This document shows, one piece after another, positions 43,778 through 53,125 of a DNA stretch of 64,000 nt. The translations under genes were made by a program, and so were the position numbers. This DNA comes from Clostridia bacterium (GTDB taxonomy: Bacteria > Bacillota > Clostridia > Christensenellales > CAG-138). Positions within the stretch are counted from its first letter, which is position 1. The number at the start of each line of letters is the position of its first letter. The DNA lies in contig JAFYOP010000006.1 of assembly GCA_017547885.1 (NCBI GenBank), positions 34,530-98,529 of the forward strand, read 5' to 3'. The notes beneath the pieces were generated by a model. That model worked only from the letters and a program-made list of their open reading frames with translations. It was not told where the DNA came from and made no database searches.

Positions 43778-44368
43778 TTTCAGCTTTACCGAAAGGTATT
43801 TGCTGTTCTTATCCACAAACCGCCATGGCTTATCCCTGTGCTCCGGCGCATAGTCTATATTGATGCGTGGTGTGGCGGCTATTTGGGGTTCTTCCCCTTC
43901 CCTTTCCAGCACATACAGGCTGTCGCCGCAAAGGTCTGCGCCGTAATCCGCCCTTGTAATGCCCAGCGCCATACACAGCTTGCCGGGGCCGCTGCACAGC
44001 GCGGCAGGCTTGTCCGTATTTCTTCTCGCAGCCATTATATCCATGCCTTCCACTGGCTCCAGCGCCCTTATCAGCACGCATTCGGGCTTTCCGGCAGGGC
44101 CGGTGGCAAAGTTAAGGCAATTGTACATGCCGTATATAAGGTATACATAAGCATACCCGCCCTCTCCAAAAAGTACCCTTGTTCTTCCCTTTGGGTCTCC
44201 CTTTGAGGCATGGGCGGCAGTATCTTCTGTGCCAAGGTAGGCTTCCGTTTCCACAATTCGGCCTGAGGTTACCCCATCAGCCGTTACAGATACCAATGTG
44301 CAGCCGATAAGCTTTTTCGCTATATCCACTGTATTTCCAAGATAAAACTCTCTCTCCAGTTTGGCCAT
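43775..44368 (-). CDS. mpg: DNA-3-methyladenine glycosylase (MPG family)
   Basis: IVETEAY, YVYLIYGMY, VLIRALEP, SGPGKLC. Confidence 0.93.
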   Translation of the reverse strand: MAKLEREFYLGNTVDIAKKLIGCTLVSVTADGVTSGRIVETEAYLGTEDTAAHASKGDPKGRTRVLFGEGGYAYVYLIYGMYNCLNFATGPAGKPECVLIRALEPVEGMDIMAARRNTDKPAALCSGPGKLCMALGITRADYGADLCGDSLYVLEREGEEPQIAATPRINIDYAPEHRDKPWRFVDKNSKYLSVKLK

Positions 44369-44508
44369 CGTCTCTCTCTCCTTTGCAACAATTATATCCT
44401 TTGTAAAGGCATCTGAAAAGAAGATGAAATTTAATCCATTGTTCATATAATTTGGTCGTATTGTGGTGTATAATGTATGAAGCTAAAAATCGAGGTGACG
44501 AATTACCA

Positions 44509-45831
44509 ATGGAAAAGAACAAAAAGGCCGGCATAAATACCAAGCTGCTGGTGCTGATAATAATACTTTTGATAGTCCTTGGGGCAGCAATATACGCGCT
44601 GTCCTTTTACGGGGACATTTCCGACCCGGAAAGTCTCTTTGACGAGCCTGTTATAACCCCTGCCCCTGTGACGGAATCCACACCCGCGCCCACCGCAGAA
44701 CCTACCCCTACCCCGGATCCGGACAAGGTGCTTTCTGCACAGTCGGATGAGGAATTCATGTCCAAGCGCACCAATATATTGGTGCTGGGCATTGACGAAA
44801 GCGCAGAGCGCGAGGACTGGGGCAGCTTCCGCACAGATACCATACTGCTGGTATCCGTAGATTTTTCGGACAATGATGTATGCATGGTATCCATCCCCCG
44901 TGACAGCTACGTTAAGCTGTACACCGCCAACGGCAATCTTGTGAATGAAGCAAATCCTTACAACAAGATAAACAGCGCTTTTTCAGAGGGCGGCGGCGCC
45001 CAGAAAAAGGGCTTTGAATACACCATGACTACCATAGAGCAGCTCATGGGCATCAATGTGGACTATTACTGCGCATTCAACATGAACGTGGTAAAAGAAG
45101 TGGTGGATGCCATGGGCGGCGTAGATTATGATGTGGATGTTGAAGTGACCATGAACGGGCGAACCCTTTCCCCCGGTTTTCAGCATCTGGACGGTCAGGG
45201 CGTACTGGACTACTGCCGTCAGCGCAAGGGCTCCTCTGATATTGCCCGCATAGACCGTCAGCAGCGCATGCTCACCGCCATACTTGAGCAGCTTAAGTCC
45301 ACCAACCAGATAGTAAATCTGCCCTCTATCTATACAGCGGTGCAGGATAATATCATGACAAATCTGTCCTTCAAGCAGATATCATCCCTTTCCCTTGTTG
45401 CGCTGCGCATGGATATGGAGCAGCTCAGCCGCTACACCGTGGAGGGAAAAGCCATGGACATTGCAGGCCGCAGCTGCTGGTGCATTAAGGCCGCAGAGCT
45501 TGAAAAGCTGGTAAAGGATATCTGGGGCAAAAACATAACGGTAGACCCTGAAATCGATTATGATTATATGGCTGCACAGCTTGAGCTTACCCGCCAGGCC
45601 ATCGCCCCCGAGCTGAACCGTGGGATACAGGCCTACAACACCGCTTACACTTTGCTCAACAGCTATAAGAATGAAATAGACAGCGAAAGCTACAAAAACC
45701 TCAAGGCCTACGCAAAGGCGCTGGAAGACGCCATTGACAGCCTCTCAAAAGAGGAGCTGGATATGTACACCCCTCCTGTTGAACAGCTTTGTTATTCTAT
45801 TTGCAATCAGTACGGTATTCAGCTATACTAA
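44509..45831 (+). CDS. LCP (LytR-CpsA-Psr) family protein
   Basis: N-terminal TM, Pro/Thr linker, NILVLGID, RTDT, SIPRDSY, SDIARIDRQQ. Confidence 0.92.
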   Translation: MEKNKKAGINTKLLVLIIILLIVLGAAIYALSFYGDISDPESLFDEPVITPAPVTESTPAPTAEPTPTPDPDKVLSAQSDEEFMSKRTNILVLGIDESAEREDWGSFRTDTILLVSVDFSDNDVCMVSIPRDSYVKLYTANGNLVNEANPYNKINSAFSEGGGAQKKGFEYTMTTIEQLMGINVDYYCAFNMNVVKEVVDAMGGVDYDVDVEVTMNGRTLSPGFQHLDGQGVLDYCRQRKGSSDIARIDRQQRMLTAILEQLKSTNQIVNLPSIYTAVQDNIMTNLSFKQISSLSLVALRMDMEQLSRYTVEGKAMDIAGRSCWCIKAAELEKLVKDIWGKNITVDPEIDYDYMAAQLELTRQAIAPELNRGIQAYNTAYTLLNSYKNEIDSESYKNLKAYAKALEDAIDSLSKEELDMYTPPVEQLCYSICNQYGIQLY

Positions 45832-45905
45832 TATTATAAACTATACAGTGATATTTGGGGGCTTATGCCCCCATCGTCACAATACATACTATTTTGGAGG
45901 AATCC

Positions 45906-46388
45906 ATGTCCGTAGAAAAAGTTAGAGAGCACCTCAAATCCTTTGGTTTTGAGGATAGAATCATGGAGTTTGACATCTCTACCGCCACCGTTGCCGAAGC
46001 CGCAGAGACCCTTGGCGTAATACCCGCCCGCATAGCCAAAACCCTCTCCTTCAAGGATGAGGAGCATGGCTGCATACTGGTACTCATGGCAGGCGATGCA
46101 AAGGTAGACAATAAAAAATATCGCGCACAGTTCGGCGTAAAGCCCCACATGCTCTCCCATGAAGAAGCGTTGGAGTTTACCGGCCATGCCGTAGGCGGCG
46201 TTTGCCCCTTTGCCGTGCCCGAAAATATCCCCGTATATCTGGATGTTTCCATGCAGCGCTTTGAAACCGTATTTCCCGCCGCAGGCAGCGCCGCAAGCGC
46301 CGTACGCCTCAACTGTGAGGAGCTGCATACCTGCTCCCTCTCCCGCGGCTGGATAGACGTATGCAAGGGCTGGGGCGAAGAAGAATAG
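45906..46388 (+). CDS. YbaK/EbsC family aminoacyl-tRNA deacylase
   Basis: IAKTL, GHAVGGVCPF, PAAGS. Confidence 0.88.
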   Translation: MSVEKVREHLKSFGFEDRIMEFDISTATVAEAAETLGVIPARIAKTLSFKDEEHGCILVLMAGDAKVDNKKYRAQFGVKPHMLSHEEALEFTGHAVGGVCPFAVPENIPVYLDVSMQRFETVFPAAGSAASAVRLNCEELHTCSLSRGWIDVCKGWGEEE

Positions 46389-46410
46389 CCTGCTTTTAAG
46401 GAGGTCTTTC

Positions 46411-47424
46411 ATGGAATACATTACTTTAGGTAATACCGGTCTTAAGGTTTCTCGTCTCGGTCTTGGTGGAATCCCCATTCAGCGCATCTCAAAAGAAGAG
46501 GCCGCTATACTGCTTCGCAAGCTGCCGGAATATGGCATAAACTATATCGATACGGCACGGGCCTATACCATAAGCGAAGAGTACATCGGCGCAGGTATTG
46601 AAGGTATCCGTGATAAATTCGTTCTGGCTTCCAAGAGCATGGCCCGAACCAAGGAAGCAATGGCCGCCGATATTGATATCAGCCTTAAAAATCTCCGCAC
46701 CGACTACATCGATATTTATCAGCTTCATTTTGTACAGGCTAAGGATTTTGATACTATTGTTGGTCCCGGCGGTGCATTGGAGGCTCTTATGGAAGCCAAG
46801 GAAGCCGGCAAAATACATCATATAGGCTTTACCGCCCATGAGCTTCCCATGTTTGAAAAGGCTCTGGAGCTGGACTGGGTAGAAACCATAATGTTCCCCT
46901 ACAATTTTGTAGAAACTCATGGCATAGATGCAATGAAAAAATGCACCGATAAAGGCAAAGGCTTTATCTGCATGAAGCCTCTGGCCGGCGGCGCAATAGA
47001 AAACGCTCCTTTGGCAATGCGCTTTATAGCCGCTAATAAGGATGTTTCCGTAAATATCCCCGGCATGGCCAACGAAGAAGAACTTGCCCAGAACGTAAAG
47101 GCAGCTTCAGATCCCTCTCCCCTCACTGAGGCCGAGCTTGCAGAAATTCAAAACACCCGCGACACGCTGGGCAATCAGTTCTGCCGCAGGTGCAATTATT
47201 GCCAGCCCTGTACCGTTGGTATCAATATTTCCTTCTGTTTTACCATAAACGGTTACCTTACCCGTTATGGCCTTACAGATTGGCCCATAGCCCGTTATAA
47301 ATCCATGGCAGTTACGCCCGACGCATGTATAGAGTGCGGTGCCTGTGAGTCCCGCTGCCCCTATAATCTGCCTATTATAAGCATGCTTAAAGACGTACAT
47401 ACAAACTTCAGCAAGGTACTGTAA
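46411..47424 (+). CDS. Aldo/keto reductase with C-terminal 4Fe-4S dicluster
   Basis: LGNTGLKVS, IDTARAY, MKPLAGG, CRRCNYCQPC, CIECGACESRCP. Confidence 0.9.
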   Translation: MEYITLGNTGLKVSRLGLGGIPIQRISKEEAAILLRKLPEYGINYIDTARAYTISEEYIGAGIEGIRDKFVLASKSMARTKEAMAADIDISLKNLRTDYIDIYQLHFVQAKDFDTIVGPGGALEALMEAKEAGKIHHIGFTAHELPMFEKALELDWVETIMFPYNFVETHGIDAMKKCTDKGKGFICMKPLAGGAIENAPLAMRFIAANKDVSVNIPGMANEEELAQNVKAASDPSPLTEAELAEIQNTRDTLGNQFCRRCNYCQPCTVGINISFCFTINGYLTRYGLTDWPIARYKSMAVTPDACIECGACESRCPYNLPIISMLKDVHTNFSKVL

Positions 47425-47431
47425 TCAACAC

Positions 47432-47463
47432 AAAAAAGCCCGCTCAACTTGAGCGGGCTTTTT
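47432..47463. terminator. Bidirectional terminator
   Basis: AAAAAAGCCCGCTCAA-C-TTGAGCGGGCTTTTT. Confidence 0.88.
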
Positions 47464-47480
47464 GTATTTTGCATGATTTA

Positions 47481-48011
47481 TTATTCGGGCAGTACGTCCA
47501 GCCCTTCGTTGAAATCCAGTACAAACTCCTTATCTGTAAGGGACATATCCGTATCAACGGTTGCATAAATGGCATTATCACCCGGCTGCAGCCTGAGAAC
47601 ATACTGTCCATCCCTTGTGTGCACATGGCTGCTTGCTATTACATTCTTTTCTTCATCGTAGAAGGTAATATCTACCGCACATACCAGAGTATCGGGATAT
47701 TCATTTACCGCAATAGCATCCATAAATGTATCCACATACTGTTCATATACCTGTATGTTGCGAAACGTCACATACTGCTCAAAATGATCCGCAGTGGATA
47801 TCAATACCCCAAGCTCATCGTATGCACTGCTAAGGTCCGCCATATCCAGCTCTGCCGCATCCGGCGTAGGCGCCGGCGTAGGCGTAGATTCAGGAGTGGC
47901 TGTGGGTTCAGGCGGTATGGTTACGGTTGGATCTATCACAGATGCGGTGTTTACGCACCCGGTCATGCACAGGCATGCAAGGATAATCGCCAGCAGGGCT
48001 TTACTCTTCAT
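47481..48011 (-). CDS. Putative lipoprotein
   Basis: Signal peptide ending MTGC, Pro/Thr linker, acidic domain; overlaps the pncB stop. Confidence 0.75.
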   Translation of the reverse strand: MKSKALLAIILACLCMTGCVNTASVIDPTVTIPPEPTATPESTPTPAPTPDAAELDMADLSSAYDELGVLISTADHFEQYVTFRNIQVYEQYVDTFMDAIAVNEYPDTLVCAVDITFYDEEKNVIASSHVHTRDGQYVLRLQPGDNAIYATVDTDMSLTDKEFVLDFNEGLDVLPE

Positions 48012-49443
48012 CTTCGCTCCTGTTTTCTCTTATAAGTTTCTGTTTAAGGTTATACAGTTCGTCAGAGATATCCACCTTGTATGTATGGGGATTCAGAATG
48101 CGCTTGTATTCATCCCAGAAGGATGCAAGTTCTCTACGATTGTATTCTCTTATTTCTTGTACGCTTGGAGATTCGTACACCAGCTCACCCTTTACAAAGA
48201 TGGGCACCAGCAATTCTCTTACATGGAAGTCCTTAAATACCTTTGTCTTATATGTCTGTATCGGATGATACAGTTTAATGGGCTTTGTATCATCAATCGT
48301 TTCATGATCCAGCGCGATAAGATCCGCAAGGGCCATATTATTCTGGTTGCCATAAATTCGGAATACCTTTTTGTATCCGGGGTTGGTAAGCTTTACGATA
48401 TTGTCGCTGAGCTTTATTTTGGGGGTCATCACACCGTCGTGGACAGTGGCGGCCAGCTTATATACACCACCCAGTGCAGGCCAGTCGTAAGATGTGATCA
48501 TCTTGGTGCCAACGCCCCATACGTCAATTTTTGCTCCCTGTGCCTTCAGCTCACGGATAACATACTCATCAAGGTCGCTGGAGGCAAATATCTTGGCCTC
48601 GGTGTGGCCTGCGGCATCCAGCATCTTGCGTGCTTCCTTGGAAAGATATGCAAGGTCTCCGCTGTCCAGACGAATACCCACGGGAGTATATCCCTTTGCC
48701 TTCAGCTCATCAAATACCTTTATGGCATTGGGTACGCCGGAGTTCAGCGTATCGTATGTATCCACCAGCAGCAGACAGGAATCCGGGAAAATATCGGCAT
48801 ATGCCCTGAAGGCTGTTATTTCATCGGGGAAACACATCACCCAGCTGTGAGCATGGGTGCCCTTTACGCCAACGTCATACCACTGACCCGCCAGCACGTT
48901 GCTGGTGGAATCACAGCCGCCGATTATGGCTGCCCTTGCGCCGTAGGTACCTGCATCGGGGCCCTGCGCCCTGCGAAGGCCAAACTCCAGCACCGCGCCG
49001 CCGTCCGCCGCATATACCACACGACTGGCCTTGGTGGCTATAAGAGTCTGGTGGTTGATTATATTGAGCAGCGTGGTCTCTATCAGCTGTGCCTCCATAA
49101 AGGGAGCTCTTATGCGTACCAGTGGCTCCTGAGGGAATACCAGCGTTCCTTCCGGCACGGCGTACATATCTCCGGTAAAGCGCAGTTCTTTGAGCACACC
49201 AAGGAACTCCTCATCAAAGAGATTCAGCGAACGCAGGTAAGCTATATCATCATCGCCGAAATGCAGGTCCTGAATGTATTCTATGGCCGTCTGCAAACCG
49301 GCAGCAACGGTATACTCACTGTTTGGACGGCTTGTACGGAAGAACAGGTCAAATACCGCCTCATCCTTATCCATGCCGTTTTTATAGTAGCCATACATCA
49401 TGGTCAGCTGGTACAGGTCAGTCATCATGGTAAGATTTCGCAT
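48001..49443 (-). CDS. pncB: Nicotinate phosphoribosyltransferase
   Basis: TDLYQLTM, EFGLRRAQG, GTHAHSW, LVDTYD, IRLDSGDL, GVYKL. Confidence 0.96.
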   Translation of the reverse strand: MRNLTMMTDLYQLTMMYGYYKNGMDKDEAVFDLFFRTSRPNSEYTVAAGLQTAIEYIQDLHFGDDDIAYLRSLNLFDEEFLGVLKELRFTGDMYAVPEGTLVFPQEPLVRIRAPFMEAQLIETTLLNIINHQTLIATKASRVVYAADGGAVLEFGLRRAQGPDAGTYGARAAIIGGCDSTSNVLAGQWYDVGVKGTHAHSWVMCFPDEITAFRAYADIFPDSCLLLVDTYDTLNSGVPNAIKVFDELKAKGYTPVGIRLDSGDLAYLSKEARKMLDAAGHTEAKIFASSDLDEYVIRELKAQGAKIDVWGVGTKMITSYDWPALGGVYKLAATVHDGVMTPKIKLSDNIVKLTNPGYKKVFRIYGNQNNMALADLIALDHETIDDTKPIKLYHPIQTYKTKVFKDFHVRELLVPIFVKGELVYESPSVQEIREYNRRELASFWDEYKRILNPHTYKVDISDELYNLKQKLIRENRSEDEE

Positions 49444-49478
49444 AACAAATACCCCCTATTATTTTGCTGTTGGCTCTA

Positions 49479-50444
49479 TTATTCTTGAGCTTGTTCCTCG
49501 GGCTGTTCCTCAGTGCTCTCTTCAGCCTCCTGCGGTGCCTCGGTGCACTCGTCGGTTACTTCTTCTGTAGCTTCTTCGGCGGCCTCTTCCTCAATCACCT
49601 CGGGAGAGGGCCAGATAAGCCTGCCCAGCTGCTTTTCCCGTATGCCGCGAACGATAAAGAACAACACAACGCATACCACTACAACAAAGCTCAGCATCTC
49701 AGATACCCTTATCCCCTGAGTAAAAACCTCTCCGCCGGGCTTGATAAGGTACAGGCTGTCACCTCTGAGGCGCTCAACGAACATCCTCTCAAAGCCATAC
49801 AGGGCGGCATAGCTTAGAATAGCATCGCCGTCGTGCTTAAACTTTTTGCGCAGGCTCCAGAGTATTATGAACACTATCAGACACCACATGGACTCGTAAA
49901 AGAATGTTGCCATGTGATAGGGATTTGAGCAAAGCTCACCATTGAAATAATGTGTGCCGTCTATGCGCACCGCCATGGGGAACCACATAAGCGCACCGTT
50001 ATTAATGGGCAGACCAAATGCTTCCTGATTGAAGAAATTGCCCCAGCGGCCTATGGACTGTGCCAGTACAAGGCCCGGCGCAATACAGTCCGCAAGCTTA
50101 AGGAAGCGATGCTTCTTTATCCTTGAATAGATAAACATGCCCAAAAGGCCGCCTATCACCGCGCCGTATATGGCAAGGCCGCCCTCCCATATGTAAAGCA
50201 TGCGTATAGGGTCAGATGCGTAGCTGGCCCATTCGAATATTACATAATACAGCCTTGCACCCACCACACCGGAAGGTATTATGACAAGGCACATATCCAG
50301 TATGTCATCTTCGGTAAGCCTCTTGCGCTTGCCCTCTTTAAGGGTAAGCCATACGGCAATGATGATGCCCAATGCCATAAGCACGCCGTACCAGTAAACA
50401 TCCCTGCCAAACAGAGTAAACGCGACCCTGCTGGGATTAGCCAT
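49479..50444 (-). CDS. lgt: Prolipoprotein diacylglyceryl transferase
   Basis: WYG, GARLYYV, GGLAIYG, GRWGNFFNQEAFG; acidic C-terminal tail. Confidence 0.95.
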   Translation of the reverse strand: MANPSRVAFTLFGRDVYWYGVLMALGIIIAVWLTLKEGKRKRLTEDDILDMCLVIIPSGVVGARLYYVIFEWASYASDPIRMLYIWEGGLAIYGAVIGGLLGMFIYSRIKKHRFLKLADCIAPGLVLAQSIGRWGNFFNQEAFGLPINNGALMWFPMAVRIDGTHYFNGELCSNPYHMATFFYESMWCLIVFIILWSLRKKFKHDGDAILSYAALYGFERMFVERLRGDSLYLIKPGGEVFTQGIRVSEMLSFVVVVCVVLFFIVRGIREKQLGRLIWPSPEVIEEEAAEEATEEVTDECTEAPQEAEESTEEQPEEQAQE

Positions 50445-50569
50445 ATCTTTGTCCTCCGAAAGAATAATCTTTTATACAATGCCCACATTGGGGCATTATC
50501 TGTATTATACTCCAATATTCCCCTTTAATAAAGGCCGTCAATGTGAACAATGTTGGCCCTCGCCGGAAG

Positions 50570-50671
50570 GCATATATCCCATTTTCCCATTCGCTCCCAA
50601 AACAGGCGTCGGGGAACCGGAAAGCTTTCCGATCCCCCAACAAGCAGGTATGGGTATCAATAGATATATGC
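50570..50671 (-). other. Unassigned structured element (nested inverted repeats)
   Basis: 9-bp terminal IR GCATATATC/GATATATGC enclosing a 15-bp inner stem (50608-50641). Confidence 0.5.
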
Positions 50672-50672
50672 T

Positions 50673-52115
50673 TTAGTATGCCCTGGCAAAATACATCAGG
50701 GTCTTGGCAGGCTTGCCGCAAAGTATGCACTTGCAGCCTTCCACATTGGTATCCTCTTCCATGGGCTTGCAGCGGGTAGAAGCGCCGGTAATGCACTTGA
50801 TCTCGATCTCGCAGTCTGCGTCACTGCACCAGGGAGCCCTTACAAAGCCCTTCTTTACTCCGTCCATAAATTCGCCGAAGTTCTCAGCGGTGGTGGTATG
50901 AGCCAGCCTATGCTCCAAAGCGGCGTTAAGCATACCTTCATGGATTTCATTCATCATCTCTACCAGACGCTCGGCAAGGCCTTCCATGGGCAGAGTGATC
51001 TTCTCGAGAGTATCGCGGCGAACAGCCACTACTACGCCGTTTTCGATATCGCGGGGACCAACTTCCAGACGTACGGGAACGCCCTTCATCTCCCACTGAT
51101 TGAACTTCCAGCCGGCGCTCTGCTCGCTGTCGTCTACCTTCACGCGCAGGCCTGCGGCCTTGCACTGCTCAAACAGCTCGTTTGCCTTATCCAGTACGCC
51201 CTCTTTGTGCATGGCAATGGGCAGAATAACAACCTGAATGGGAGCGACCTTGGGGGGCAGCTTGAGGCCGCGGTCATCACCGTGAACCATGATAAGGCCG
51301 CCGATCATACGGGTGGAGGTGCCCCAGGAGGTGGTGTAGCAGTATTCCTGCTTGCCTTCGCGGCTAAGGTACTTTATATCGTATGCACGGGCAAAGTGGT
51401 CAGACAGGAAGTGAGAAGTACCCATCTGCAGTGCCTTGCCGTCGTGCATGAGAGCTTCGCAGGTGTAGGTAGCTTCTGCACCGGCAAAGCGCTCGCTTTC
51501 GCTCTTGCCGCCGCGGATAACGGGGATGGCAAGTACGTTTACCATGAAGTCATAGTAAACGTCCAGCATGCGGAGGGTCTCTTCCACCGCGTCGTCATGG
51601 GTTTCATGGGCAGTATGGCCTTCCTGCCACAGGAACTCGGAAGTGCGAAGGAAGGGGCGGGTGCTCTTTTCCCAGCGCATAACGTTGCACCACTGGTTCA
51701 TCAGCACAGGCAGATCACGGTAGGACTGTATCCACTTGGAATACATGGTGCCTATAATGGTTTCGCTGGTAGGACGAATGGCCAGTCGCTCCTGAAGCTT
51801 TTCGTTGCCGCCATGGGTTACCCAGGCTACCTCGGGAGCAAAGCCCTCAACGTGCTCAGCTTCCTTCATCAGCATGCTTTCGGGTATCAGCAGAGGGAAG
51901 TATGCATTCTGATGGCCGGTATCCTTAAAACGCTGATCCATCTCCTTCTGCATAAGCTCCCAGATGGCATAGCCATAGGGCTTTATAGTCATACAGCCCT
52001 TAACATCGGTATAGTCGCACATATCAGTCTTAAGAATGATATCGGTATACCACTTTGCAAAGTCCACGTCTCTGGAAGTGATCTCCTGAACGAACTGAGT
52101 TTCTTTCTTTGCCAT
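50673..52115 (-). CDS. proS: Proline--tRNA ligase (short, archaeal/eukaryote-like type)
   Basis: HVEGFAPE, RPTSET, RWEKSTRPFLRTSEFLWQEGHT, C-terminal FARAY. Confidence 0.96.
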   Translation of the reverse strand: MAKKETQFVQEITSRDVDFAKWYTDIILKTDMCDYTDVKGCMTIKPYGYAIWELMQKEMDQRFKDTGHQNAYFPLLIPESMLMKEAEHVEGFAPEVAWVTHGGNEKLQERLAIRPTSETIIGTMYSKWIQSYRDLPVLMNQWCNVMRWEKSTRPFLRTSEFLWQEGHTAHETHDDAVEETLRMLDVYYDFMVNVLAIPVIRGGKSESERFAGAEATYTCEALMHDGKALQMGTSHFLSDHFARAYDIKYLSREGKQEYCYTTSWGTSTRMIGGLIMVHGDDRGLKLPPKVAPIQVVILPIAMHKEGVLDKANELFEQCKAAGLRVKVDDSEQSAGWKFNQWEMKGVPVRLEVGPRDIENGVVVAVRRDTLEKITLPMEGLAERLVEMMNEIHEGMLNAALEHRLAHTTTAENFGEFMDGVKKGFVRAPWCSDADCEIEIKCITGASTRCKPMEEDTNVEGCKCILCGKPAKTLMYFARAY

Positions 52116-52155
52116 AATTTCCTCCGGTGTTTATCGTATAGATATTTTTTACTAT

Positions 52156-52365
52156 AAAAAAACCGCCCTGATATAAGGGCGGCAATATACCGCGGTACCA
52201 CCTTAATTGGTTCTCGGTCGGCTTTAACGCTCTCCTGCGGCAGGGCATTTCCTCCCTGCGGAATACGGAACGGGATCCCTTTGCTCAACGCAGCCGCCCT
52301 TTCAGCCTCTGAGGCAGCCTCTCTTTTCGCCGCTCTGTGCAAAGCGGGTTTTCCGCAATATCCTA
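52156..52365 (-). promoter_or_regulatory. T-box riboswitch (Pro)
   Basis: Minus strand: AGAGA, GCTGAAA, Pro codon CCC/CCG in GGATCCCGTT, T-box AATTAAGGTGGTACCGCG, terminator CCGCCCT..AGGGCGGTTTTTTT. Confidence 0.9.
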
Positions 52366-52408
52366 ATATCAAAAATTTAAATAATTATACCATTTGGCCG
52401 AATTTATG

Positions 52409-53086
52409 TCAATCCAGCTTCAGGATGTCGTTAAGGATGTCGTTAAGCTCCTTCTCCACAAAGGCTGCCTCAGGAGACTGCTCTCCCTGCTCCTCCGCCA
52501 CCTGGTCAATGGTCCAGACCTTTTCCTCGTCTTCCTGTTCCCGTTGGGCTTCATCCTGCTCCTTAACGGTATCGGGAATATCCCTGCCCTGTATGTTGTA
52601 TATGCTGTGCATAAGCTCGGCAGGATTACGATATTCTTCAGGGGTCTCCACGACCTCACCGTAGGGAGGCACGCCTACGCCTGCGCTTTCGTAATCCCTG
52701 AGGAAAGATTCATATCCTTCTGCCTGTCGGCGTACTGCATCTGCGGTTTCACGAATATAGCCCATAAAGAACTCCGCCCGCTCCTCGGCCTGCTTAGCCT
52801 TGGTCTCTGCAGCCTTTATTATGGCGTCAGCCTCATTGCGGGCAGCCTGAATTATACCGTCACGCTGTGCTTCTATGTCCGCCTTTTCCTGCTCTGCACG
52901 GGCAATGATCTCATCCTTCTTTACCTCTGCGGCACCGAGGATGCGGTTAGCTGCCGCCTTGGCCTCAGTAAGGGCGCTGACTACTGCGTCATTGCGGCTC
53001 TGGTACTCCGCTATCTTTGCATTAAGTTCCTTTATTTCTTTTTCCTTCTGCTCCAGTGCTGCCTGAAGTTCTTTTTTGCCGAACAT
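52409..53086 (-). CDS. DivIVA-like coiled-coil protein
   Basis: ALTEAKAAANRI..AEQEKADI..ARNEADAIIKAAE coiled-coil pattern; acidic tail. Confidence 0.55.
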   Translation of the reverse strand: MFGKKELQAALEQKEKEIKELNAKIAEYQSRNDAVVSALTEAKAAANRILGAAEVKKDEIIARAEQEKADIEAQRDGIIQAARNEADAIIKAAETKAKQAEERAEFFMGYIRETADAVRRQAEGYESFLRDYESAGVGVPPYGEVVETPEEYRNPAELMHSIYNIQGRDIPDTVKEQDEAQREQEDEEKVWTIDQVAEEQGEQSPEAAFVEKELNDILNDILKLD

Positions 53087-53125
53087 ACCTTATACCTCCG
53101 TAATTAGCTTTGTGTGTAATGCTGT

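Noticed and set aside
44348-44382. Duplicated TCTCTCTC tracts at the mpg start
   Set aside because: Explained by the RBS plus Glu-Arg-Glu codons; too short to suggest phase variation
44655-44720. Pro/Thr-rich repeats in the LCP protein (also in the lipoprotein near 47860-47930)
   Set aside because: Ordinary low-complexity linkers of surface proteins, not DNA repeat arrays
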